Positions 8,731 through 19,457 of a stretch of 64,000 nt of DNA are shown here, piece after piece (positions within the stretch are counted from its first letter, which is position 1; each line of letters begins with the position of its first letter). A program made the position numbers and the translations under genes. The notes beneath the pieces are model-generated. The model ran no database searches. It saw only the letters and a list, made by a program, of their open reading frames with translations, and was not told the origin of the DNA. The DNA is from Candidatus Spongiisociaceae bacterium (GTDB lineage Bacteria; Actinomycetota; Acidimicrobiia; Spongiisociales; Spongiisociaceae), in the NCBI GenBank assembly GCA_965262915.1, contig OZ253564.1, positions 1,696,001 through 1,760,000 of the forward strand. Direction: 5' to 3'.

Positions 8731-9555
8731 TCAGCCGAGGAGGATCATGGCGAGGGCGACGATTGCCAAGCCGAACCCGGCCACCTGGATGCGGGTGGTG
8801 CGTTCTCCCGCCAAGACGACCTGGCATACGAGGGTGAAGCCGTAGGCCATCTGGAAGAAGAGTCCGGCGATCGCCAGGTTCTCCTGGGCGGCCAGCGTGA
8901 AGCTGCCGAGACCGATACCACCCAACAATCCGATGAAGCCCGCCCTGGGTATCGATCCCCGTAGGGGTTTGATGGGGTGGCGACCGACGAGTATCACCAG
9001 CATCACCGTTCCGACCGCTGTCACCCGTCCGGGCAGTACCGGCCATATACCCGAGCCGTCGCTTGTCAGGCCGAGCATGGTGGCGGTGAAGCCGAACAAG
9101 AGACCGGCCATGAGACCGTGCCGAACGGCGATCCGGTCCCACTTGCCGGTGGGGTTCCTGAGGCCGATCAGCCAGAGGGCGATCACCCCGACCGCCATGC
9201 CGGCGCCGACGATCACCGAGGGAAGCCCTACCAGGACGGCGTCCACGGCTATAGGGATGACCGCTCCCGTCACCGCCGCCACCGGCCCGACGATCCCGAC
9301 CCCGCGGGTGGTGTAACCGCGGTACAACTGCACCAGGGCCATGCTCGCTCCTATGCCCGAACCGGCGCCCAGCAGCAGATCGGTCGTGGTGGGCTCTCCT
9401 CCCCAGAGGAGCGCCAGAACGGCGGTGGTCACCAGCGTGGAGATGTAGATCCACAGCACCGTCGCCATGAGGCGGCCTCTCCGCCCCAGGTTGGTCCCCA
9501 CATGGTCGGCGTAGCCGATCACCACCGGGGAGATGAGACCGATCAGGACGCTCAT
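8731..9555 (-). CDS. EamA/DMT-family transporter
   Basis: About 10 TM helices, duplicated halves, C-terminal LAGERTTRIQVAGFGLA motif. Confidence 0.8.
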   Translation of the reverse strand: MSVLIGLISPVVIGYADHVGTNLGRRGRLMATVLWIYISTLVTTAVLALLWGGEPTTTDLLLGAGSGIGASMALVQLYRGYTTRGVGIVGPVAAVTGAVIPIAVDAVLVGLPSVIVGAGMAVGVIALWLIGLRNPTGKWDRIAVRHGLMAGLLFGFTATMLGLTSDGSGIWPVLPGRVTAVGTVMLVILVGRHPIKPLRGSIPRAGFIGLLGGIGLGSFTLAAQENLAIAGLFFQMAYGFTLVCQVVLAGERTTRIQVAGFGLAIVALAMILLG

Positions 9556-9905
9556 GTAAACGAAGGATGGAGAAGGCGAGCGGAGAGGCAGGCATCCGGT
9601 TCGCGAAACCCTTTTCTATCGATGGGGTTGAACCTGTCGTGCCGTCGCTGCATGATAGGTGATACCAAACACCCGTGCGGTCTCGAACCGGACGTCATTC
9701 GACGGCTCGCAGGGTCATGAATCCCGGAACCGGATCGCCTCCCACGGGCGCACCCGGCCGCGTTCGAGTCCCAGGTACGGTGGTGGTGGGGGAGGGCCCG
9801 GCGGGCGGATCGGCGGTGGCGATTTTCGCGCTCTGAGGGTGCGGTCCGAGAAGGCGGGCGGGGCCGTGATCGCTCCCTCGGATGTCCCATCAGGGCCGCT
9901 ACCTG

Positions 9906-11090
9906 CTACTGGAAGGCGGCGAGGCCGGTGAGGGCCTGGCCGAGGATCAGGGTGTGGATCTCGTTGGTTCCCTCGTAGGTAATAACCGTCTCCAAGTTGT
10001 TCATGTGGCGGATCACGGGGTAGTCGAGCGTGATGCCGTTGGCTCCCAGGACCGATCGCGCCTCGCGGGCCACCTCGAGGGCAGACCGGACGTTGTCGAA
10101 CTTTCCGAACGAGATGTGCCGGGGATCGGCCAGGCCTTGGTCCTTCATGCGGCCGATGTGGAGGGCTAGGAGGAGGCCACGGTTGACGGCCACCATCATG
10201 TCGACGAGCTTGCGCTGGGTCAGCTGGAAGGCGCCGATGGGCTTGCCGAACTGGTGGCGTGTGCCGGCGTAGTCGAGAGCCGTCTCGTAGCAGGAGCGGG
10301 CTGCTCCTATCGATCCCCAGAGGATGCCGTAGCGGGCTTCGGTCAGGCACGAGAGGGGGCCCCGCATCGAGGCCACCCCGGGGAGTGCGGCGTCGCCGGG
10401 GAGGCGGACATCGTCGAGTACCAGCTCGGAGGTGTGCGAGGCCCGCAGCGACAGTTTGCGCGTTATGTCGCGGGCGGAGAAGCCGGGAACGTCGGTGGGG
10501 ACTATGAAGCCGCGCACACCCTCGCCGGTCCTGGCCCAGACGATCGCCACATCCGCTACCGATCCGTTGGAGATCCAGGTCTTGGTCCCGTTGAGAATCC
10601 AGTCGGACCCGTCCCGTCGGGCGTTGGTGCGCATGGAAGCGGGGTCCGACCCGGAGTCGGGCTCGGTGAGCCCGAAGCACCCGAGCGCCTCGCCGGAGGC
10701 CATGGCGGGCAGCCATCGCCGGCGCTGCTCCTCGGAGCCGTAGGCTCGGATGGGGAACATGGCCAGCGATCCCTGTACCGACACCATGCTCCGCAGCCCC
10801 GAATCTCCAGCCTCCAGTTCGAGACAGGCCAGGCCGTAGTCGACCGCCGAGGCGCCCGGACAGCCGTAGCCGTCCAGGTGCATCCCCAGCAGCCCCAGCC
10901 CGCCCAGCTCGGTGGCCAGCTCTCGGGGGAGGATGCCCTCCTCGAACCAGTCGGCGATGGAGGGGAGCACCCGGTCGGACACCCAACGGCGCACGGTGTC
11001 GCGCAGCAGGCGTTCCTCCGGGTTGAGCAGGCGATCGATGCCGAGGAAGTCCTTGGGGTCAGGAGCGGGAGGCGGGGTGGGAGAGGGCAT
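9906..11090 (-). CDS. Acyl-CoA dehydrogenase (glutaryl-CoA dehydrogenase-like)
   Basis: CFGLTEPDSGSD, LNGTKTWISN, RHQFGKPI, ITYEGTNEIH motifs. Confidence 0.92.
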   Translation of the reverse strand: MPSPTPPPAPDPKDFLGIDRLLNPEERLLRDTVRRWVSDRVLPSIADWFEEGILPRELATELGGLGLLGMHLDGYGCPGASAVDYGLACLELEAGDSGLRSMVSVQGSLAMFPIRAYGSEEQRRRWLPAMASGEALGCFGLTEPDSGSDPASMRTNARRDGSDWILNGTKTWISNGSVADVAIVWARTGEGVRGFIVPTDVPGFSARDITRKLSLRASHTSELVLDDVRLPGDAALPGVASMRGPLSCLTEARYGILWGSIGAARSCYETALDYAGTRHQFGKPIGAFQLTQRKLVDMMVAVNRGLLLALHIGRMKDQGLADPRHISFGKFDNVRSALEVAREARSVLGANGITLDYPVIRHMNNLETVITYEGTNEIHTLILGQALTGLAAFQ

Positions 11091-11682
11091 GTCTCGATCT
11101 CTTAGGGGATGTCCGCCCTGATTCTTGCAGCCATCGGCCCGGTACCGAGCCGAGAGCGCTGCTGCCGGTCCCATTGGTTGCCAAGCGGGACCCATCGCTG
11201 CCGGCCGGGACGGGCGTCGGCTGATCGGTCGTCCCGGGAAGCGTTGCCGAAAGGGTGATTCCGGGGGCGAGGCCGGTCGACGATCGGTACGTTCCGGACC
11301 GCTCCGATGTCTTGAGTCTCATGTCGGTATGCGGGTTTCGTGGCGTGGTTCCAGGTTCCTCGTCCGGTCCCCGTAGTGAACTCTTCGCAATGTCTGATCG
11401 GGTGGCATCTCAAGAAAGTGTGGGGTGACGGCCAGGTGGATCCTTCCGGACAAGGGTGGTTCCGGGGCCGAGCGAGCAGGGCCTAACAGGGTCGGAGGAT
11501 GGCGCCAACGGACCGCGGCCTGCCTTACGAATTGCCCTTGGTAGCTGTGGTCCCCTCGTAGAATCGATGGGGACAGGCAGCCTAACGCGAGGCGGGTATA
11601 CCGCGCAGGCACCGTCGGGACGGACCGTGTACCGTGCCTTTCGCGGTAGCAAAGAGATCGATGTCAGACCGAGGAGAGGCCG

Positions 11683-13044
11683 ATGACCGAACCGACCAAG
11701 ATCCTGCTCGATGAGTCGGAGCTCCCGACCCATTGGTACAACATCATCCCCGACCTGCCGGCGCCGCCTCCCCCGGTGCTGCATCCGGGAACGCTCGAGC
11801 CTGTGGGACCCGCCGACCTGGCGCCGCTATTCCCGATGGACCTGATCCTCCAGGAGGTGTCCGCCGAGAGTTACATCCCGATCCCCGAGGAGATCCGGGA
11901 GATATACCGCTTGTGGCGTCCGACTCCGCTGCACAGGGCCCGCCGCCTCGAGCGGGCGCTCGATACCCCGGCCCGCATCTACTACAAGTACGAGGGTGGC
12001 AGCCCGGCGGGATCGCACAAGCCCAACACGGCGGTGGCCCAAGCCTATTACAACGCCAAGGCCGGGGTACGCAAGCTCACCACCGAGACCGGCGCCGGCC
12101 AATGGGGCAGTGCCCTGGCCCTGGCCTGCCAGATGTTCGGCCTCGAGTGCGAGGTCTGGCACGTCGCCGCGTCCTACGACCAGAAGCCCTACCGGGTTTC
12201 GATGATGCGGACCTGGGGTGCCACCGTGCACTCCAGCCCGTCGGACGTGACCAACGCGGGGCGGTCCATCCTGGCCGAGGATCCCGACAGCCCCGGCAGC
12301 CTGGGGATCGCCATATCCGAAGCGGTCGAGGTGGCGGCCACCAACGAGGACGTCAACTACTCGCTGGGTTCGGTGCTCAACCACGTGCTGCTGCACCAGA
12401 CGGTGATAGGCCAGGAAGCAGTCGCCCAGATGGCCAAGGTGGGAGAGACGCCGGACATCATCATCGGTTGTACCGGAGGTGGTTCCAACCTCTCCGGGTT
12501 GTCGTTCCCGTTCATCCGCGAGAAGCTGGCCGGGAACATCAACCCGACCATCCGGGCGGTGGAGCCGGCGGCGTGCCCGTCGATCACCAGGGGCGAGTAC
12601 CGGTACGACTTCGGCGACGCCATCGGCATGACCCCGCTCGTGAAGATGTACACCCTGGGCCACACGTTCGTCCCCGACCCGATCCACGCCGGCGGGCTCC
12701 GCTATCACGGGATGTCCCCCCTGGTTTCGCATCTGTGCGAGCTCGGGATCATGGAAGCCGTGGCGATCGGCCAGACCGAGTGCTTCGAGGCGGCCATTGG
12801 CTTCGCCAGGAGCGAGGGCATCATCCCGGCGCCCGAACCCACCCATGCCATCGCCGCCGCCATCCGGGAGGCCGACCGGTGCCGCCAGACGGGTGAGGAG
12901 AGCGTGATCCTGGTCGCCTTGTGCGGTCACGGCCACTTCGACATGGCCGCCTACGACACCTACCTGGCCGGCGAGTTGTTCGACTACGAGTACCCGGCCG
13001 ACGCCATCGGAGCGGCATTGGAGAAGGTTCCCGTAATCGCCTGA
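11683..13044 (+). CDS. trpB2: TrpB2-type tryptophan synthase beta-like PLP enzyme
   Basis: GSHKPN PLP lysine, [33 protein letters not shown]; no trpA nearby. Confidence 0.93.
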   Translation: MTEPTKILLDESELPTHWYNIIPDLPAPPPPVLHPGTLEPVGPADLAPLFPMDLILQEVSAESYIPIPEEIREIYRLWRPTPLHRARRLERALDTPARIYYKYEGGSPAGSHKPNTAVAQAYYNAKAGVRKLTTETGAGQWGSALALACQMFGLECEVWHVAASYDQKPYRVSMMRTWGATVHSSPSDVTNAGRSILAEDPDSPGSLGIAISEAVEVAATNEDVNYSLGSVLNHVLLHQTVIGQEAVAQMAKVGETPDIIIGCTGGGSNLSGLSFPFIREKLAGNINPTIRAVEPAACPSITRGEYRYDFGDAIGMTPLVKMYTLGHTFVPDPIHAGGLRYHGMSPLVSHLCELGIMEAVAIGQTECFEAAIGFARSEGIIPAPEPTHAIAAAIREADRCRQTGEESVILVALCGHGHFDMAAYDTYLAGELFDYEYPADAIGAALEKVPVIA

Positions 13045-13111
13045 GCAGGCACCAGGAGTCCGGTCCCGCCAGGGCCTGTCCCGCCGGGGCCGGACCCGAA
13101 CCCGACGACGA

Positions 13112-14125
13112 TCAGAAGGGCAGGGCGAGTTGGTGGTCGCTCTCCCCCCGACCGGTCGCCACGCCATCCCGGCCGCGCGCCTGTTTCGTTCCACCGTGGG
13201 CGGCGACCAGGCGGCGGATGACACCACCCAGGCGTTTGCGCATCGCCGTCGAGGCGTAGGACCGCCGGCCGTACTCGTGCCGGTAGTACCTGATCAGGTG
13301 GGGGTACTCCGCCTCCACCCACCGGAAGTAGTGGTCCTTGAGCGGTCCGCGCAGGTGCAGGTACTGCCCGGTGATGAACCTGGCCCCGGCCTCCGCCGCC
13401 CCCCTCACAACCTCCTCGATCTGGGCCGGCCGGTCGGAGAGCCCGGGCAGGACGGGGGCCATCAGCACGCCGGAAGGAACGCCTCGGTCGTTGAGACGCC
13501 TCACCGCGTCCAGGCGCTTGCGGGGATGGGAGGTTCCCGGTTCCGAGCGCGACCACACGTCGGGATCGAGGGTGCCGATCGAGAAGTCAACGGTCACTTC
13601 GGTCACCTTGGCCGCCTCGGCGAGCAGGTCGAGGTCCCTCAACACCAATGGGGACTTGGTCAGGATCGAGAACGGGTTACGCCGCTCGACCAGGACCTCG
13701 ATGATCCCCCGTGTCAGCTTGTACTTGCCCTCGGCCGCCTGGTAGGGGTCGGTGTTGGTCCCCATGGCGATAGCGTGCCCGGCCCACCGAGCGGGTGCCG
13801 TCTCGTGGCGTACCACCTCCGGCGCGTTGATCTTCACCACGATCTTGGTGTCGAAGTCCTTGCCGATGTCCAAGCCGAGGTAGTCGTGGCTGGGCCGGGC
13901 GAAGCAGTAGGTGCAGGCGTGGCTGCATCCCCGGTAGGCGTTGATGGTGTAGCCGAAGGGCAGCACCCCCGGGTTCGGGACCCGGTTGATGACGGTGCGC
14001 GACTCGACATGGAGGAACTCGAGGCCCCGGTAGGCGCCCCGGCCCACCTTGCGCTCGATGACCGCGTCGAAGAGTGCCGGACGGTCACCCGGCGCATCGG
14101 CCGTGATCCAGCGGAACTCTCCCAT
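13112..14125 (-). CDS. Rv2578c-family radical SAM protein (spore photoproduct lyase-like, DNA damage)
   Basis: YRGCSHACTYCFAR CxxxCxxC motif, GTNTDPYQ, upstream SOS box. Confidence 0.9.
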   Translation of the reverse strand: MGEFRWITADAPGDRPALFDAVIERKVGRGAYRGLEFLHVESRTVINRVPNPGVLPFGYTINAYRGCSHACTYCFARPSHDYLGLDIGKDFDTKIVVKINAPEVVRHETAPARWAGHAIAMGTNTDPYQAAEGKYKLTRGIIEVLVERRNPFSILTKSPLVLRDLDLLAEAAKVTEVTVDFSIGTLDPDVWSRSEPGTSHPRKRLDAVRRLNDRGVPSGVLMAPVLPGLSDRPAQIEEVVRGAAEAGARFITGQYLHLRGPLKDHYFRWVEAEYPHLIRYYRHEYGRRSYASTAMRKRLGGVIRRLVAAHGGTKQARGRDGVATGRGESDHQLALPF

Positions 14126-14141
14126 GTCGCCACAGCCTAGC

Positions 14142-14155
14142 CGAACATACGTTCG
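14142..14155. promoter_or_regulatory. LexA SOS box
   Basis: CGAAC-ATAC-GTTCG matches the Gram-positive/actinobacterial LexA consensus; 16 nt upstream of the radical SAM ATG. Confidence 0.85.
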
Positions 14156-14239
14156 TCCGGCAAGACAGCAGCACACCGGGTTGTCTTCTCATCCGGAGGG
14201 TGATGGCGGGCAGGTCGAGTGCGAGGAACGATGGCCTAC

Positions 14240-14562
14240 CGGCCGCGCTTTGACAAACCGGTTCGGGCTCACGTGCTCCTCTGGAGCTCGGACCGGCGAG
14301 GCCCGGATGGGTGCAAGACCGGGAAGTTGCCCCTGGATCAGACTCGCCCGTATATCACCGGTCGGGCCGGCGAGGCGGGAGGTTGTTCACCGGCGGCCTG
14401 CATATCGGTGACGACCCGGTCTACAAGCCGGCGGATCCCGGCGAAGGCCTCGTCGGGCGCCGACGCCAGCCAGCTCAGTGAGGGAAACTCGACGCAGAGC
14501 CCGACATGCTCCTCGTCGTCGGGAGACCATGTAACCCGGTAGGTGTAGTTGTGAATTGCCAT
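14240..14562 (-). pseudogene. hicB: HicB antitoxin, C-terminal DNA-binding domain degraded
   Basis: YTYRVTWSPDDEEHVGLCVEFPSLSWLA N-terminus; stop at 14338; downstream remnant EEHVSPNRFVKAR resembles the usual VSLNRL tail. Confidence 0.7.
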
Positions 14563-14803
14563 ACGTCTTCAACTCCCTGACTGCCCGCAGGACCTGCCGC
14601 ACCTGGTAGGCCTTTGCCATGCCTCGGTCGTTCTGGATGTTCACTCGCGGGTCTCCGGGCCATGGTGTGCGGTAGACCCGGTGGCTGCCGCCGGTCTGCC
14701 GTGGTTCCCCGAAGTACTCGTCACACACTCTGACGAGGTCGGCGAACCGAACACCCTGGGGGTTCTCGCCCAGTGCTCTGACAATCGCTTCTGTGGTAGC
14801 CAT
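14387..14803 (-). CDS. hicA: HicA-family toxin with read-through C-terminal extension
   Basis: VRFADL...GSHRVYRTPWPGDPRVNIQ...AKAYQVRQV; the frame continues about 55 codons over hicB. Confidence 0.75.
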   Translation of the reverse strand: MATTEAIVRALGENPQGVRFADLVRVCDEYFGEPRQTGGSHRVYRTPWPGDPRVNIQNDRGMAKAYQVRQVLRAVRELKTYGNSQLHLPGYMVSRRRGACRALRRVSLTELAGVGARRGLRRDPPACRPGRHRYAGRR

Positions 14804-15117
14804 GCCATGGTAAGTACACCTTACGATACTCTGAGTCAAGGGGGTTCCTCTACCTGTCTGCTATCGGTCTCGTGTCTTCCCGGACAGGTGGTCGTATTTG
14901 GGCTCTCGTTTCTGGGCATCGAACACCACACCTGTGTCCATGTCCCTCAGAACCACTATGGGTAGGCCCTGGGTGGTGAACCCGCCGATCGCGGCAACAC
15001 CGCGGCGGGGACAGTTGCTGTCTGCCCCTGCGGGCCACGACAGTGCTGCCACTATGTCCGTTCTCGGGAACCGTTTCAGAGCCGAGTCGAGGATTTCGGT
15101 GACGCCGAAGGGCAGCG

Positions 15118-15432
15118 TCAAGAAACGCCGACCGCCAGCAACGAGATGATGTCATCGGCAAGGTCGGATGGCAGGCGGGAGAGTATCCCGATCCGTTCGG
15201 GGTCCGTCATGTTCGCCAGGCGCCTTACCGAGACGTGAGCCGGCAAGCATCTAGCGATCTCGACCTGTTCGTCCACCGAACACCGATAGAAGACCGAGTC
15301 GGCGAAGTCGGCCAGTTCTTCATATTGGTCGGCGCTGAAGGGCTGACCGCGGACATCGTCACCACTCACGTTCGGGTCTTCGGACAGTGCGATGATCTGC
15401 CGGTAGTCGAGTTCCGCCACATCCTCGATCAT
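15118..15432 (-). CDS. Hypothetical protein, weak resemblance to the MgtE N-terminal helical domain
   Basis: ORF track; acidic helical repeats (LANMTDPERIGILSRLPSDLADDII). Confidence 0.3.
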   Translation of the reverse strand: MIEDVAELDYRQIIALSEDPNVSGDDVRGQPFSADQYEELADFADSVFYRCSVDEQVEIARCLPAHVSVRRLANMTDPERIGILSRLPSDLADDIISLLAVGVS

Positions 15433-15499
15433 AGTTGCTGAGGGGGGTGCGCGGGTAGGTGCTCACCTCGGGAAACACCCCTTGCGTCGGTTGATGAGT

Positions 15500-15830
15500 T
15501 CACAGCGATAACCAGGGGTGTTTTTTGAGCCGGAGTCGGACAGGCTGTTCAGCAGGGCCGGTCGCGATCCGCCTACCTGCGCACCCTCTGAGCAGGTACA
15601 AGACCCCAGGCACAGGAGTCCACGCCATCGGGCGGCTCCGCGGCGGCCCCTCGAGTGTGTTGGAGTGCAGCAACTGTGGCTTGGGGATCCGACTTCGCTC
15701 CGGGGATGTTCCGTCCCCGGTCGGCGGTTCTGGAGTTCGGGTGATGGCCGTTCGGCGCTGTATCAACTTCGTGGCCGAGGAGCTCCCCGCGAAGCGGCGC
15801 AGGTGTACAGTGATCGAGGATGATCTTCAC
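15500..15830 (-). pseudogene. DUF5615/PIN-like toxin pseudogene
   Basis: VKIILDHCTPAPLR...GHEVDTA start overlapping the DUF433 stop; similarity is then lost, with a GRRIA remnant in another frame. Confidence 0.65.
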
Positions 15831-16060
15831 GTACAGGTTACGGTCTGTAGGCGCTTCATCTGACAGTCGATGACGATCTCGGCCTGTGACCTCTCGACGC
15901 CCTCGTACCACTCCAAGAACTCGTCCAGGGTTGCCCCGTCGTTGATGTTGTCGAACAGAGCGGAAATCGGTACCCGCGTACCTACGAACGCCCAGTTCCC
16001 ACTGAGACGATCGGGATGACGCTCAACGGCGTCGCACGACTCCCAGATTGACGCATCCAT
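15827..16060 (-). CDS. DUF433 antitoxin
   Basis: VERHPDRLSGNWAFVGTRVPISALFDNINDGATLDEFLEWY. Confidence 0.85.
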   Translation of the reverse strand: MDASIWESCDAVERHPDRLSGNWAFVGTRVPISALFDNINDGATLDEFLEWYEGVERSQAEIVIDCQMKRLQTVTCT

Positions 16061-16216
16061 CACCGATCACCCCCTTTGTCGTGTCAACCGAAGCGTACCG
16101 AGGCCAGGGGCGGAAGCACATGTGACGTCCTGGTTCCTTCTTGCCGGTCGATTGACGGTTTTACGGGCCCGGCATCCGGGTATCGTCGGGGTAGTGAATC
16201 GCACCGAATCTGACGA

Positions 16217-17878
16217 GTGATGTCCGGAGTTCCCTCGATCTCCTTCGCTCTCGGCGGGTTGACCTCCCGCGTGCAGGCCCGCCTGGCCGCATGGGACGAG
16301 CAGGACTTCGGGGCCCGCCTGTGGGCGAGGGACCACACTTTGTGGTCCACGGTCGAGATTCGGGAGTTGACCGACCGCCTGGGGTGGCTGTGGCTGCCGG
16401 AAGACAAGGGCCAGGCGGGTGGGATCGAGGAGTTCGCGAGCGAGATCCGCTCCGAGGCCGACCGGGTGGTGTTGCTCGGTATGGGCGGATCGAGCCTGGC
16501 GCCGGAGGTATACCAGGCGACGTTCGGCAACGCCGCCGGGTACCCCGAGCTGATGGTTCTCGACAGCACCCACCCGGCGGCCGTGCGAGCGGTGTCCGAG
16601 AGCATCGACCTCAGGCGGACGCTCTTCGTGGTCGCTTCCAAGTCGGGGGGCACCATCGAGACCCTCTCGCTATACCGTTTCTTCTGGGGATCGGTCTCCG
16701 GAGTCACGAGCCATCCGGGGGAGCGGTTCGTGGCACTCACGGATCCGGGGTCCGGGCTGGAGGCGCTGGCCCGCCGACGGCGTTTCCGGCGCATCTTCCC
16801 CACCCCACCGGACGTTGGAGGTCGCTACTCGGCCCTCACGCCGTTCGGCCTCGTTCCCGCCGCGCTGATCGGCATGGACATCCGCCGGCTGCTCGACTCG
16901 GCGGCCGCCATGGCCGATGTCTGCGGTCCGGGCGTCCCGGCCTCCCGCAACCCCGCGCTCCAGATGGCCGCGGCGATGGGCGAGGCCGCTTTGGCGGGAA
17001 GGGACAAGATCACCTACGTGTGTTCCCCGTCCGTCGCCGCCTTCGGAGCATGGGTGGAGCAGCTCATCGCCGAGAGCACCGGCAAGAACGGGACCGGGAT
17101 CGTGCCCGTGGCCGGCGAACCCCTCGGCGACCACCGGACCTACGGTGACGACCGGCTGTTCGTCCATCTGGACGTGGCGGGGGAGGACCCCGCCGGCCGG
17201 CCGGCCGCCCTCGAAGTGCTGCAGGCGGTCGGTCACCCCGTTATACGGGTGGTACTCGACGACCTCTACGACCTGGGCGCCGAGCTGTTCCGCAGCGAGA
17301 TGGCGGTGGCCGCGGCCGGGTCCGTCCTCGGGATCAACCCCTTCGACCAGCCCGACGTGCAGATCGCCAAGGACCTGGCCAGGCGGGCGATGTCGGAGGA
17401 GGGCCTGGGGGGTGCCATCGACGAGGTGTCCACCGGCACGCCCTCAGAACTGGGCGACCGCTTGGGAGAGTGGGTCGGGACGCTCCGCCCCGGCGACTAC
17501 ATAGGCATCCATGCCTACCTGCCGATGGGAGGTCCGGCCACCCCCGTTCTCGAGGAGCTCGCCAGGACGCTCAGGGGCCGGTGGGGGACCGCGGTGACGC
17601 TCGGCTACGGACCGAGGTTCCTCCATTCCACCGGGCAGCTCCACAAGGGCGGCGCCGCAAACGGAGTGTTCCTCCAGATCGTCGACATCCCCGGCCCGGA
17701 TACGGCGGTTCCGGAGTCGGGCTTCACTTTCGGCGAGCTGATCGAGGGGCAGGCAGCCGGGGACTACCAGGCTCTGGAGGCACGGGGCCGCCGGGTGCTG
17801 CGGGTGCGATTGCACGACGATCCGGCGGATGGAGTGCAGGACCTGATCAGGGTGCTGTCGAAGATCGGAAGAGGGTAA
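16217..17878 (+). CDS. pgi: Glucose-6-phosphate isomerase (type found in Tal-Pgi fusions, here standalone)
   Basis: LLGMGGSSL, VASKSGGTIET, VGGRYSAL, EQLIAESTGK, NPFDQPDV, FLHSTGQLHKGG. Confidence 0.88.
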   Translation: MMSGVPSISFALGGLTSRVQARLAAWDEQDFGARLWARDHTLWSTVEIRELTDRLGWLWLPEDKGQAGGIEEFASEIRSEADRVVLLGMGGSSLAPEVYQATFGNAAGYPELMVLDSTHPAAVRAVSESIDLRRTLFVVASKSGGTIETLSLYRFFWGSVSGVTSHPGERFVALTDPGSGLEALARRRRFRRIFPTPPDVGGRYSALTPFGLVPAALIGMDIRRLLDSAAAMADVCGPGVPASRNPALQMAAAMGEAALAGRDKITYVCSPSVAAFGAWVEQLIAESTGKNGTGIVPVAGEPLGDHRTYGDDRLFVHLDVAGEDPAGRPAALEVLQAVGHPVIRVVLDDLYDLGAELFRSEMAVAAAGSVLGINPFDQPDVQIAKDLARRAMSEEGLGGAIDEVSTGTPSELGDRLGEWVGTLRPGDYIGIHAYLPMGGPATPVLEELARTLRGRWGTAVTLGYGPRFLHSTGQLHKGGAANGVFLQIVDIPGPDTAVPESGFTFGELIEGQAAGDYQALEARGRRVLRVRLHDDPADGVQDLIRVLSKIGRG

Positions 17879-17951
17879 TGGTCTGTCTGCAAAACGACTT
17901 GGCGTGCTCTGCTTGTGCATACCACGCAGTCATCTCACAGACGGACCACTA

Positions 17952-19457
17952 ATGGAGTCGCTTCCGGTCGCAGGCGCCAAGGCGGTGGACCGCCACCTCC
18001 TGGTCGTGTTCGGGGCCACCGGCGACCTCTACCGGCAGAAACTCGCGCCGGCTCTCTACCACCTGGTGCGCCAGTACGGGTTGGGGGACCGGTTCGTGAT
18101 ATTGGGTGTGGCCCGCTCCCAGATGAGCGACGCGGCGTTCAGGGCCGCCTCCCGGGAGGCCGTCGAGAAGGTCGCGCAGGGACAGGCGCAACCGGAAGAC
18201 CCGTGTGCCGACCCCGCCCAGTGGTGTGACGAGGTGGTGCACTACCAATCGATCGGAGACGGGCGGAGGGCATCTTACGAAACCCTCGGGCGTCGTATCG
18301 AGCGCGTCGAGGCGGCGCACGGCCTGTCCGGCAACCGGATCCTCTATCTGTCCCTGCCTCCGTCGGCGTTCGTGGCCACGGTCAGAGGCTTGGGCGCCGC
18401 GGGCCTCTCCGGGAGCGCGGGATGGACCCGGCTCGTGGTCGAGAAGCCGTTCGGCGCCGATCTCGATTCGGCTGTGGCCCTCAATGCGATCCTCCACGAA
18501 AGTTTCGACGAGCGGCAGATCTACCGGATCGATCATTACCTGGGGAAGGCGACGGTCCAGAACCTGCTGGTGTTCCGGTTCGCCAACCCCCTCTTCGAGT
18601 CGGTCTGGAACCGCGACCGCATCGACAACGTCCAGATCACGGTGGCCGAGGACGGGGGAATCGCAGACAGGGCGGACTACTACGACCGTTCGGGCGCCTT
18701 GCGGGACATGGTCCAGAATCACCTGACCCAGGTAATGAGCCTGGTGGCCATGGAGCCGCCGGTCTCCTTCGATGCCGAGGCGATCCGGGATGAGAAGGTG
18801 AAGGTCCTCCAGTCGATCAGGCCGCTCGAACCCGACGATGTCGTGCTCGGGCAGTACGCGGCCGGCCGGGCAGACGGGAGACCGGTGCGCGGCTACGTGG
18901 AGGAACCGGGGGTGGCCGACGGCACCGTCACCGAGACCTACGCCGCCCTGCGGTTGTTCATCGACAGCTGGAGGTGGCAGGGGGTCCCCTTCTACCTGCG
19001 CACCGGCAAGCGGCTGCCCACCCGGCTCACCCAGGTGGCGGTGACGTTCCGGGAGCCGCCGGTACCGCTCTTCAAGTCATTCGAGCGGGGGCGGCACCAG
19101 GGCAATGTCCTCTACGTCAGGCTCCAGCCGCACGAGGGTTTCGACCTGCTGTTCGATGTCCAGGTGCCCTCCGACCAACCCCGGTTGGCCACCATGCCCC
19201 TGACGTTCGCCTACGAGGAGGCTTTCGGCGATCTTCCCGACGCGTACGAGACGCTGCTCTACGACGTGATGACCGGCGACCGGACCCTCTTCGTCCGCTC
19301 CGACGAGGTCGAGCAGGCCTGGCGCCTGTACACACCGATTCTCGGAGCCGGAATCCGTCCCGTTCCCTACCCGGCCGGTTCGTGGGGTCCCCCGGAGGCC
19401 GAGCGGCTGATCGGACCGTACGGGGACGGCTGGACGGTGCGCCTCCCCGGCGACTAG
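17952..19457 (+). CDS. zwf: Glucose-6-phosphate 1-dehydrogenase
   Basis: GATGDL, EKPFG, RIDHYLGK, RDMVQNHL, GVPFYLRTGK. Confidence 0.96.
   Translation: MESLPVAGAKAVDRHLLVVFGATGDLYRQKLAPALYHLVRQYGLGDRFVILGVARSQMSDAAFRAASREAVEKVAQGQAQPEDPCADPAQWCDEVVHYQSIGDGRRASYETLGRRIERVEAAHGLSGNRILYLSLPPSAFVATVRGLGAAGLSGSAGWTRLVVEKPFGADLDSAVALNAILHESFDERQIYRIDHYLGKATVQNLLVFRFANPLFESVWNRDRIDNVQITVAEDGGIADRADYYDRSGALRDMVQNHLTQVMSLVAMEPPVSFDAEAIRDEKVKVLQSIRPLEPDDVVLGQYAAGRADGRPVRGYVEEPGVADGTVTETYAALRLFIDSWRWQGVPFYLRTGKRLPTRLTQVAVTFREPPVPLFKSFERGRHQGNVLYVRLQPHEGFDLLFDVQVPSDQPRLATMPLTFAYEEAFGDLPDAYETLLYDVMTGDRTLFVRSDEVEQAWRLYTPILGAGIRPVPYPAGSWGPPEAERLIGPYGDGWTVRLPGD

Noticed and set aside
11329-11376. Possible Trp leader peptide MRVSWRGSRFLVRSP upstream of trpB2
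   Set aside because: Single Trp, 300 nt from the gene, no terminator/antiterminator arrangement
11450-11470. AAGGGTGGTTCC resembling a T-box sequence
   Set aside because: Mismatch in the conserved core, no stem I or specifier loop recognised, and it lies upstream of the likely -10
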